Origin: Picochlorum sp. SENEW3
Lineage: Eukaryota
Reading direction: 5' to 3'
Assembly: GCA_034226945.1 (NCBI GenBank)
Contig: CP120454.1
Span: 558,001-622,000 of the forward strand
DNA length: 64,000 bases
Shown: positions 1-10,400 of the stretch, piece after piece
Position numbering within the stretch: position 1 is the stretch's first letter
Layout: each line of letters begins with the position of its first letter
Translations under genes and position numbers: made by a program
Notes under the pieces: model-generated
The model's input: the letters and a program-made list of their open reading frames with translations, nothing else
Told to the model about the DNA's origin: nothing
Database searches by the model: none

Positions 1-1
1 G

Positions 2-871
2 TGCCGGGCTGGGTATGATCTTGTATGGCATGATGACTTCGAATCATCCAAGAGTCTGAATGATTGGAGCTATCTCTTGTACAATGGATGCGAGTATGGA
101 CTCTGTGGATGGGGGAATAACGAGTTGGAGTATTATACAAACAGTACAAGGAATGTACGGGTGTCAAATGGCAGTCTGAAAATTATTGCACGCAAAGCGA
201 GCGATGATGATAGAAAGACATGCTGTCCGAGTGGAACATGCAAAAAGGGAGAATGTGAATTCACGTCTGGTAAGGTGAGAACGTTTAACAAGTTTGCAGT
301 GCGCCCATCGTGGTCATCTGGGAGCAGAACCATTCGAATTGATGCTCGCATCAAGATGCCTGTTGGTCAAGGCTTGTGGCCATCCTTTACATTACTTCCA
401 GAAGATTCTCCCGAGTTTTGCTTGGGGTGCGGATATTATGGTGACTGGCCACAAAGCGGTGCCATTACATTGTCTCAAAAGGTGAACAAGGACAAGGAAT
501 ATACAGGAGGCATCTTGTATGGAGGCGTTGCCCCGGATATTGTCGCCTCCACCTTTTCAAAAAAGATATCAGCTAATTTGGAAGGATTTCACACGTATAC
601 ACTCGAATGGAAACCCACGTCTATGAAGTGGAAGCTTGATGGAAAGACTGTGTTCAAGGCAAAGAGTGGAAAGGGAAATCCTGAAAAGGGATGGTTTAGT
701 TTGTCGGATACGAGTGAGAAGAATTCTCCATTTGATAAGCCATTTTACCTCGTGGTTGGTATGGCATTGGGAGGAGACCAAACAGGAGCATCACCCAATC
801 AGGTCAGGAAGACCTTGAAGAATAAAAAGTCAATGGAAATTGAACATATCCGTGTGTGTAAAGGGTTTTAA
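2..871 (+). CDS. GH16 beta-glucanase/glucan-binding-like protein, 5' truncated by window
   Basis: Frame is open from base 2 (LVWHDDF). GH16 motifs WGNNELEYYT, FTSGKV, GLWP, FHTYTLEW, PFDKPFYL. The catalytic EIDIxE motif reads AITLSQ. Confidence 0.85.
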   Translation, partial: CRAGYDLVWHDDFESSKSLNDWSYLLYNGCEYGLCGWGNNELEYYTNSTRNVRVSNGSLKIIARKASDDDRKTCCPSGTCKKGECEFTSGKVRTFNKFAVRPSWSSGSRTIRIDARIKMPVGQGLWPSFTLLPEDSPEFCLGCGYYGDWPQSGAITLSQKVNKDKEYTGGILYGGVAPDIVASTFSKKISANLEGFHTYTLEWKPTSMKWKLDGKTVFKAKSGKGNPEKGWFSLSDTSEKNSPFDKPFYLVVGMALGGDQTGASPNQVRKTLKNKKSMEIEHIRVCKGF

Positions 872-1303
872 TGTGTTTATTGATCAAATATGGCATTTAA
901 TACTCTTGAGTAGCCATCATGCCCAAAAAATCACCACTTGGCTCCGTTTCTGGTCATTGAGAGCATGGTTGGTCAACCTCCATCAAGGAACCCTGTTCAG
1001 TAGCTGCTGATTAAGTCTAATATACAGCATATCTTCATACTTGAAGCTAGTTATCATTCAAAACATTCTTCCTCTTCTTCCTCTCAGGCCTCCTGTATCT
1101 CTCAAGTGAACTTGGCTCGAACCGACCTTCATAAAATTTCAAATTTTTGCCGACTGGATCGTCTGCCCTCAGGACTGGCCTTGACCAATCACGATGCATC
1201 ATGATCGAGTTTGGGCCTGAAATCCCACCAATCGACTCCTCTCGACGAGTTCTATCGCATGGTGGCATTAATTAGTGTGGGTTACAGCACCAGCCTGGGA
1301 GTT

Positions 1304-2020
1304 CTAAATAACATCATATCCTGATCTATCATAATCTTTTCCGTAATCGATAAACAATTCTTCTCCCGCAGCAATATCTCGATCGGTCACAAACACCAGC
1401 CCAGTGGATGGATCATCCTTGTCATCTTCCACTCTCACATTGACACTCAGACGTGGATGCAGTGATGGTTCATTCACATAACTCAGCGTACAGTCGACAT
1501 CCCATGGCCACCACGTCCCAGGAGACGGCCGCGTACTCGGATACCCACTCTCATCCGATGGATCCAGTATCACCCCTGGTTTTTTTGAAAAGCAGTAATA
1601 CTGTGCCATGGGCGCCAAGACACACTTGGCAGTCATCTCTATATCATTCCTCACTCTCCCTGGGTATGCGCCAAGTACAACATCCCTTGGTATTGCAACC
1701 TTGGAAAACACCCCGTTGCCAGCCCCACTCCCAAGACTGCTCTCTCGTACACGCAACAAATCCTGTCGGGACCATCCTCGTGGCCTCTGTTGATACACAT
1801 ACCATGCAGCACTGCACATGATCTTTGCCCCTTGATACAGCAGACTGATATCACTCATATAGCCAGGGTCATATTCAGCCAACCCTCGCACGACTGTATA
1901 TGGTCGAGTAGTACACTGCTGTGTGATGATGATGGTCTCACAGGGCCTCACCCTTGGTCTTTTGGGTTCTCGTGGCAATGATACAGCCAAAAGACCTGAT
2001 ATAGGTATCGACACAGCCAT
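1304..2020 (-). CDS. SET-domain lysine methyltransferase, possible organellar transit peptide
   Basis: SET motifs GAGNGVF, YVNEP, RDIAAGEELFIDYG. Confidence 0.8.
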   Translation of the reverse strand: MAVSIPISGLLAVSLPREPKRPRVRPCETIIITQQCTTRPYTVVRGLAEYDPGYMSDISLLYQGAKIMCSAAWYVYQQRPRGWSRQDLLRVRESSLGSGAGNGVFSKVAIPRDVVLGAYPGRVRNDIEMTAKCVLAPMAQYYCFSKKPGVILDPSDESGYPSTRPSPGTWWPWDVDCTLSYVNEPSLHPRLSVNVRVEDDKDDPSTGLVFVTDRDIAAGEELFIDYGKDYDRSGYDVI

Positions 2021-2342
2021 CGGACTCTATATATTTATGTAAATACTATGTATTGCTGAAAATGCAATCAGATGGCTGGCGACATCCTGTACAGAGGAGA
2101 TGCTCTGCTTCCGTAAAATGGTATATATAGGCAGCCAGTCATGATGATCTCCAGTCTCTTTCTAAATATAGCTAGGATACCAGAGAGATTGTTCTATTTT
2201 TTATTCAATACGTGTAGTAGATCGTACTTGGAGAGACGTGATACTCTAGTGGAAAAAAATTAAGCGAACGTTTCAAGAAGAAGAATCCTTCGACCAGCAT
2301 CCACGCATAGTATACTACTATTTTCCTTAATACACATAGAGT

Positions 2343-3337
2343 ATGTCTGGAATAGGAACAGGGGTACGTACAGATTACCGTATGTTTCAGACAATCAGGG
2401 ACTGATTGAGTGATCATGGTTCGCCATGACGCTGTTGCTTTGGCGCTTGATTCGAGTATTATGTGATGGATTTTTCACTTTTGTATGCAGTATGATTTGT
2501 CTGTGAGTACATTCTCACCGGACGGACGAGTATTCCAAGCAGAATATGCTCAGAAAGCTGTAGACTCTAGTGGGTAGGTCTCTCTTGCTTGTTTATAATA
2601 CTCGCTGATGATGTGTACCTTGATTATTGTTACGGATCCAAACTATCACGGTGGCAACGACGATGACATGCTGCTGCTGCTGTATTTGCAGGACGGTGTT
2701 GGGAATGTGCTGTGCTGATGGTGTCGTGTTGGCTGCTGAAAAGCCAGAGATTTCAAAGCTCATAGAGGAACATTCAAATCGTAGAGCATTTCCTATTGCT
2801 AGACATGCGGGTGCTGTGATTGCGGGGGTTGCCGCTGATGGTAGAGCAATTATTGACAGAGCACAGGCAGAAGCATCCAACTACAAATCATTCTATGGAG
2901 ACAAGATACCAGGGCATGTCCTGGCTGAGCGTGTAGCATCTTTTGTACATTTATTCAACTTGTACTGGTATGTTCGGCCCTTTGGTGTGTGTACCCTCTT
3001 GGCCACCTGTGATCACTCGGGTCCTCAGCTGCACATGGTGGATCCCTCTGGGACAATGCACCAATACAATGCTACTGCTGTCGGGAAGGGTCGACAGGCG
3101 GCAAAGAATGAGTTGGAAAAGCTGAAATTGGATCGTATGACGTGTAAGGAAGCTCTGTTCTCTGCTGCAAAGATTTTACATCAGGTTCATGATGAGGAAA
3201 AGGCTTTTGAACTTGAAGTTGCATGGATTTCTGCAGATACTGATTACGTGTTTACACGAGTGTCGAATGAAGAGGTAGCTGAGGCTGAACAGGCGGCAAA
3301 GGCAGCCATCGAGGCGGAGGATATGGATGACGAGTAG
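2343..3337 (+). CDS. PAG1: 20S proteasome subunit alpha 7 (alpha type-3); 3 exons
   Basis: Exons 2343-2363, 2491-2573, 2692-3337 join in frame via GT-AG introns: [27 protein letters not shown]... Confidence 0.95.
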
Positions 3338-3624
3338 CTTGTTTTGTTCTTCATGTAAACCAGGGTCAAAACAAGTTTTTAATTGCTTTATTACAGAGTA
3401 GATACGCCCTAAAACGTATCTTGTCCAAGATACTTTGTAGATACGTTCGCATTGTCTGCGCATGCGCCGCATTGGCATTAAAAATAAGTTCTATTGTACC
3501 TATGTTAGTAAACAAGGACAGGAAAATACTTTGTGAGAGACAGAGCAACGGCCGCGACGACCGGAGAGCGTTCATCAACGCAGATTCAACAAAATCGGTC
3601 TTGGGTCCGGGGATGGGGTCGAGC

Positions 3625-4209
3625 ATGGAATGGGATGCAGAGTATCTGAGTAAATGGTGTGGGATTTATGGTCATGGCATGGGTGAATGGGGCCGAGGAT
3701 CGCGAGAGTGCAGTTCTTCAGGGCATTTTGACTATGACAGTCTGGGCATTTGCACGAATACTGATAGCTTTGGCGTGGTGGAGTATACTCGAAAGAAGAG
3801 TCATGGTCACTCAATGAGTGCGAATGACGAATCATCGCCATCGTCTTTGCCTTCGTCGTCATCCAGTGTGGAGGGCAGTGACCCTGCGACTCCAGACACT
3901 GGACAAACAGTGACTCCTTCCAGCGGCATCATGTTTATCTTCCAGCAGTCGTATCCAGATGTATCGTTAGAAGATCAACAGGAAGGAGGCGTTGGTTGCG
4001 TGATGGATGTGGGATGTCCCGAGCTGAGCAATGTGACTGACACTCCAGGTACCAGGCAGATGGGTGTCATGAGTGCGTACGAAATCAATGTGTTGTCTGG
4101 ATTGGCAGAGGATCAGCATGATGAATACAATGTGTATCCACGGGAAGGCTGCATTCGTGTGGGCAGATCAAGGTCTTTGGGTGATTGCCTCACAGCACCA
4201 GCAGCATAG
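3625..4209 (+). CDS. hypothetical protein, start uncertain
   Basis: Long Ser/acidic-rich ORF; no family recognised. Confidence 0.45.
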   Translation: MEWDAEYLSKWCGIYGHGMGEWGRGSRECSSSGHFDYDSLGICTNTDSFGVVEYTRKKSHGHSMSANDESSPSSLPSSSSSVEGSDPATPDTGQTVTPSSGIMFIFQQSYPDVSLEDQQEGGVGCVMDVGCPELSNVTDTPGTRQMGVMSAYEINVLSGLAEDQHDEYNVYPREGCIRVGRSRSLGDCLTAPAA

Positions 4210-4389
4210 GTTATTTCTTTCCATGGATGATGATGAGAGAATAGCGCACTGGATGAAATACTCGGAAGTATCTCGCATATAGTTTGAGTTGTATTTTCTC
4301 TATTTTTGCATGAACTATACTTTATTCTTTGCAACATTCTTTACATTGTGGCATCCCCTGCCAAGACATGATACTACTACAGACACCTC

Positions 4390-4656
4390 CTACTCACACG
4401 ATCCTTTCAACGTTTTTGTCCATGTATCCGACGATTGATGCATCTCAACATACGACTCGAGCTCTTCCAGACTTCGTTGAGCTATCCGAATCTTCTCCTC
4501 ACGCTCATGACTATCAGCTATGTTTCTGTTCTCCCGAAACTCCACCTTGATATCGTTGACGATACCGTCCCTTTTAATACTTGGAAACTGCTTCGCAGCC
4601 TTCAAAATGCGCCTGTACAGTGTTATTACAGCAGAGGAAGAAGACACATTGGACAT
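4390..4656 (-). CDS. mitochondrial LYR-motif protein
   Basis: TLYRRILKAAKQFP...IKVEFREN matches the LYR-family pattern. Confidence 0.85.
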   Translation of the reverse strand: MSNVSSSSAVITLYRRILKAAKQFPSIKRDGIVNDIKVEFRENRNIADSHEREEKIRIAQRSLEELESYVEMHQSSDTWTKTLKGSCE

Positions 4657-4665
4657 GTTGCAATC

Positions 4666-4929
4666 TCAATTTTCTGTCGTTTTTGTCTCGTCCGTCTTCG
4701 CTGCGGTACTGCACTGCTCAAGGGCCTTCACCTCCTTCTGACACTTTGACCAGTCTCTATTATGTTCACCAAGGCACTCTTCAAGCTCGAAATATCGCTG
4801 TGCACACGTATTACCCAGTTGATTTACAACCTCTTCGCCATCTTCTTCCCCTGCAGAGCCTTGGTGAAGTGCATTCCGATCTACAGGCTTTTCTTTATTT
4901 GTTTCTTTAGTAGAACCACCAAAGACCAT
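4666..4929 (-). CDS. twin CX9C (CHCH) protein, COA4-like
   Basis: C-AQRYFELEE-C ... DWSK C-QKEVKALEQ-C. Confidence 0.8.
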   Translation of the reverse strand: MVFGGSTKETNKEKPVDRNALHQGSAGEEDGEEVVNQLGNTCAQRYFELEECLGEHNRDWSKCQKEVKALEQCSTAAKTDETKTTEN

Positions 4930-5224
4930 TATTTATTCGCAATTTTGGATGCCGAGATGAAATGGGTCATTGGTTTTTCCTCCTCGGGTAGGGTCCTTAG
5001 AGTCGATTTAAATGACCGATCAAATAGTATGGTTGATGGGACCAGCCCCCATGGTTCTTCATTTAAGAAACAGGCTCAGAGTGGTGTACTATGGTTCTAC
5101 GTACTGAAATATTAACTTTTATGAATACGATAGACTGATACAGGTTGGGTTGTGGTGCCTTGGGCGATGTAGAGAGTATGATGGGTTCCAGTAGACGTGG
5201 GTTCCAGGAACAGGGACGTGCTCC

Positions 5225-6467
5225 ATGGCCATGACGATTGGTCCTTTGCACCTGTTTCAGTGCTCAGAGGAGCAGCATGGTCTAAAGAGATTACAGCATG
5301 GATGGGAGAAGGAGAGGTGGGCTACTAGCAATGTGATTGGTATTCTAACAGACTAAGTCTCTGACTGGTCATGTGTGTTGTTTCAGGTTTGCATCCATGG
5401 ATCTGGTTGGAGGACCTGCAACGTGTCCTCATAAGGGTCCAATTATGCATTTGAGTCTAGATCATCTGCATCAAGAATTTTTGTTGGCTTGCTCCGGGGA
5501 TGGAGTCATTGGTGTCTACAGAGAGTCTCAGGAGGAGAGCTCCTGTCTGGAGGTGTTGTGTTCGTTGAATAAAGATTGGCCTGGAAATCACACAAAGGCG
5601 ATTCACTCGGTTGATTGGTATCCTATCGATAATGGGATATTTGTGTCTGGTTCCCAAGATAGGACTGTCAAGGTGTGGGACTCAAATGCATTAGAGTGTG
5701 TCTTGTCCTTTGACATGGAGGGTTCTGTCTTTGGTACGGCAATGTCGTCTATTGCGACATCTCATAATCTGGTTGCGATAACAGGTGAGATGCATGCGGT
5801 GACGCTGGGAGATATTGCATCTGGTTCTGCAACGCACATCCTGTCAGGTCATTCTAGACCTGTGTGGTCTTGTGCATGGTCTTCTACGTCAGAATGGGAA
5901 TTGATGTCTGCTGGAACTGATGGACAGGTTCGTTTGTGGGATATTCGAAGACCAGGTTCATTGCATGTCTTTGATATGAACGACACGTTGCGATATTCTT
6001 CATCGGTGCCTCACGAAGAGGCTCCTCGATCTGATTTGTGTCAGGCCCATACAGCCCCAGTGACTGGTTGCGGATACGTGCCAGGAGGCTTATTTTTTAT
6101 GAGTACAGGTAATGATGGTAAAGCAAAGCTTTGGGATATGCGCTCGAGAAAGCATTTGCTGAAGCACTATCAGAAGCGGATGAGTAAAACTCGATATGTT
6201 AGGCAGATGAGTTTCTCAGAGGATGGTCGATTTTTGTTTCATCCGAGCGAAAATATGGTATACGTATTTGATATTGTGAGTGGTAGGCTTGTGAATAGTT
6301 TGGAAGGAGGACATTATGCGCAAGTGCATTGCTGTGCATGGAATGCAAAAAGGGAGCATTTGTATACTGCAGGAGCAGATAAGAGTCTCTTGATATGGGG
6401 AATGGAAACGCGGTTCCTCGATGCAGATATGCGTGATAAAGACGAATGGAGTGATGATTATAATTAG
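5225..6467 (+). CDS. ERCC8: WD40 protein, CSA/ERCC8-like DNA repair factor
   Basis: WYPIDNGIFVSGS, GSATHILSGH, VRLWDIRR, C-terminal DEWSDD. Intron ends at 5386. Start inferred. Confidence 0.8.
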
Positions 6468-6478
6468 TGTATAGATTG

Positions 6479-8143
6479 TTATTGGTTGTTTGCGATGGAA
6501 ATCATGTCCTCGACACTGGTGAGTTTTTCCCTCAACTTGCCAGCAGCCTGTCCTCGTGATATTTCTTCCTCATCAATTCTTTTCCATGCTTCGTATGTGA
6601 TTGGTTGATGATTCCTAGATTCCAAAAGTTCCATAAGCCCCTGTCTACCAGGCTTTTGAGACGATCCCCATATATCTATATGCCGAACCATTATGTCAAC
6701 GGTTTGCTCTGCATCTACAAGGTTTGTGCCAATGATCCCAGAAGGTCCCCGTTTCAGCCATCCACATACGTATAGATCATCCGCATCGACCACTTTTCCA
6801 AGAACATTCGGAACAGTGTTTGTTTTTGGATCAAAAGGGGCTCCTTCGAGTGGCTCTGCCACGTATCCAACGCTCTCAATAACAAGCTGACAAGGAAACT
6901 CCTCCATTTCTCCAGTCCCAATGGCCCTTTGAGGACCTCCATCTCTTCCCGGCGCAAGTTCCGTACGCTCTGCAATCACACCTTTTACTGTACCGTGTGA
7001 TCCAACGTACTTGACTGGGCTGGATAGAAATTGAACGTGCAGTTTTTTCTGTTTCATGCCATCATCATCCTTTTGCTGAGACTTGGTCAAGACGTCAACA
7101 ACCCTCTTGTGTATCCGAGAACTCGCAATCTCTCTCTTGCAACTCTCAGTGAGCTCCAAACATCCCTCTGGATGAATAAATGTCTCTACATGTGGAAGCT
7201 GCAAGAGCTCTCGCAATTCTTTTGGTGTGCATGCAGCCTGTGCTGGACCCCTTCGAGCCAAGATGCGCACTCGTTCTATAGGACTTTGGCGGATGGCATC
7301 GTACGGCTTTGTCGATATATCTGTTCCTACCATATCCTCTGGATTCTTTAATAAGACCCGGGCACAATCTAGTGCAACATTTCCAAGCCCACATATAAGC
7401 ACATCCTTCACTCCTGCCATGTCAACATGGACAGGTGCATCAGAAGGATGACCATTGTACCAATTCACAAAATCTCGAGCTGACATGATATTTTTCAAAC
7501 CACTCCCCTCAACTGATAAACGCTTTCCCCCACCAGCCCCATATGCCAATACTACAGCATGATACAAGCCTCTCAGCTCATCAAGGGATACGTCCTTTCC
7601 AACCCGCACGTTGCCAAAATATTCAACCCGTTTCTTTTCCATCATATCTTGAAAGTGATGCATGACATTCTGCATGCACCATTGTACTCGTCATGCATAT
7701 CAACATTGTCACTCTGCCTTGAATCCATCCACACACCTTTGTATCAGGATGATCTGGAGCCACACCAGATCGCACCAATCCATATGGACAAGGCAATGCT
7801 TCCTGTATATATATGGAATAGAATGTACATGATTCTTGCACACTAAAAGGAACATGGAACAAACACTCGTACCAGAATATCAATATGGCATCCATCTGGC
7901 AACCTCTTGGCAATCTACAATGCACATCACCATCATTCACACGTGCAGACTGATGTAATCTTTATACACAATGGCACACACCTTGTCCGCTGAATAAAAC
8001 CCAGCAGGCCCACTCCCAACAATGCAGACCTTGACTGGCTCAGCAACACCTGTTGAAAAAGCAACTGCCCTGTTCTCAAACAACAGACGAGCCTTGTTCC
8101 AAATCGCCACTCTCCTCTCTCCTACTCTTCCCAATATATTCAT
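6479..8143 (-). CDS. MFDR: NADPH:adrenodoxin oxidoreductase (mitochondrial ferredoxin reductase), multi-exon
   Basis: VCIVGSGPAGFY, PYGLVRSGVAPDHP, GLGNVALD, GWLKRGPSGIIGTN. Confidence 0.93.
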
Positions 8144-8486
8144 TTTTCATATTCTGAGAGATATCGCAGAGAATATCCAATGGAACATATGGCAATGAGA
8201 TTGAAAAGTCTGTGTTTAATTTAGGAACTTTTCAGCTGAACGCACAAAGCATTCGCCGGACGCACAGCCTTGTCCAGACCAAAACTGATGTACATGTACT
8301 GATATATTCACCTATAAAATATACACGCACCCAAAGGGCTCTTCCCAACGTCAGAGCAGCATTCAGACGTTACAGAAGAACTCGCTGTCTTTGGATTGAG
8401 AAACGGTCCCACACTCCTGTAACCCATTAATATTGTTTATAGTAATACAAAGTAGTGGAATCTGTTCTGACAGTGGCTTTGGAACG

Positions 8487-10299
8487 ATGAGCAGTAGAGC
8501 AGCCATCCGATCTCGAAATGTTAAAAAAGGTACCGTGTGCTGATATATAACGCTGTTATGGCGCTTGAATTTCATTGAATGGAATTAAGCATCATGTATA
8601 TCTCCGCGTTGGGATGATTTGGTCGACACGCGCAGCGTTTTACGTGGCAACCGTTTTGCTCTGGTGCAGGTATTGACCTCGACGAGGCACGCCGTAAGCG
8701 AGAGGATAATATTGTTCAGCTTCGAAAGGATAAGAGGGATGAGAATCTTCAGAAGAAGAGAATGACGAGCAGCCTTATTGTACAGGAGAGTGTTGAGGAG
8801 CAAAAGGCAACGTCTACTGTGCAACAAAGGGTATGTGGTGATTGAGGTTGGATGGGCGTGGTGTGTGTGTGCGGTTTTACGATGCATGTGTTTGTATGTT
8901 GATGCAGTTGGCAGCGCTCCCTGATATGGTGAGAGGAGTCATGTCTGAAGATGTGCAGCAGCAGCTGGAGGCAACAACCCAGTTCAGGAAATTGTTGTCC
9001 ATTGAAAGGAGCCCGCCTATCGAGGAGGTGATCAATCAAAATGTGATTCCTCGATTTGTTCAGTTCCTGTCCAGGGATGAGCTCCCACAGCTTCAATTCG
9101 AAGCTGCATGGGCTCTGACAAATGTTGCGTCAGGAACATCTGTACACACTCAGGTAGTCATTGAGAATGGAGCTGTGCCAATTTTTGTCAAGCTTCTTTC
9201 TTCTCCTAGTGATGATGTGAGAGAGCAGGCTGTATGGGCGTTGGGTAATATTGCAGGGGACTCTCCACGATGCAGAGATTTGGTGCTCCAGTTCCGTGCT
9301 CTTGATCCATTGATGGCTCAACTGAATGAGCAGTCAAAAATATCAATGCTTCGTAATGCGACCTGGACGTTATCTAACTTTTGCAGAGGAAAGCCTCAGC
9401 CGGCGTTTGAGGAGGTGAGGAGGTGTCTTCCCGTGTTAGCGCAGTTGATCCACAGCCCTGATGAGGAGGTATTGACGGATGCTTGTTGGGCTCTTTCGTA
9501 TCTGTCTGATGGGTCTAATGATAAGATTGGAGCGGTGGTGGCGACTCCAGGTGTGGTGAGGCGTCTTGTGGAATTACTGATGCACCCTGCCGCATCTGTT
9601 CTGGTGCCAGCACTTCGTACAGTGGGTAATATTGTGACAGGGGATGATGACCAGACCCAAAGCGTTATAAATAGCGGCGCGCTTCAGTGTCTTCAGCATT
9701 TGCTATTGACCACTCATAAGAAGAGTATTAAGAAGGAAGCCTGTTGGACGATTTCAAATGTGACAGCTGGTACACGGGAACAGATCCAAGCTGTCATAGA
9801 GACTGGGCTTGTGCCACCTTTAGTGCACTTGCTCGCAACGGCTGAGTTCGATATCAAAAAGGAAGCTGCATGGGCTATTTCGAATGCAACGTCTGGTGGG
9901 TCTGCTGAGCAAATTAGGTTCCTGGTGGCACAGGGCTGTATCAAGCCCTTGTGTGACCTATTGACTTGCTCTGATGCCAAAATCATCATTGTTGCACTGG
10001 AAGGATTGGAAAATATTCTGCGAGTAGGCAAAGTGGATAAGGAGATGAGTGGGCCTACAGGAATCAATCAGTATGCTCAGTCCATTGAGGAAGCAGAAGG
10101 TGTGGACAAGATTGAAGACCTTCAGGAGCACTGTAATGAGGAGATTTATCAAAAGAGCGTTTCTATTTTGGAGGAATTCTTCGAGTTGGAAGAGGAAGAG
10201 GTAGAAAATCTGGCACCACAGATTGACTCTTCTGCAGGAACATATACCTTTGCTGCACCAGGCCAAGACAGTGCCCCTGCTGGTGGTTTCCAGTTTTAA
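8487..10299 (+). CDS. IMPA: importin alpha; exons 8487-8529, 8670-8830, 8908-10299
   Basis: IBB domain ([18 protein letters not shown]) plus ARM repeats ([14 protein letters not shown]). Confidence 0.96.
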
Positions 10300-10400
10300 G
10301 ACATACCTGAGTTTAGTAGAGCAATAGAAGCATGCAAAATTTATCATGTGTTAAAATTAAAGCCAAAAGAAAATATTATTCCCTTGAATGCTGTAGGCTC

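Noticed and set aside
1047..1268. 73-aa ORF, a B-box-like GGTTCGAGCC and an Sm-like AATTTTTG
   Set aside because: No cloverleaf or snRNA hallmark could be built, and the ORF has no recognisable motif.
4666..4668. In-frame TGA as selenocysteine
   Set aside because: No SECIS was recognised, and neither family is a known selenoprotein.
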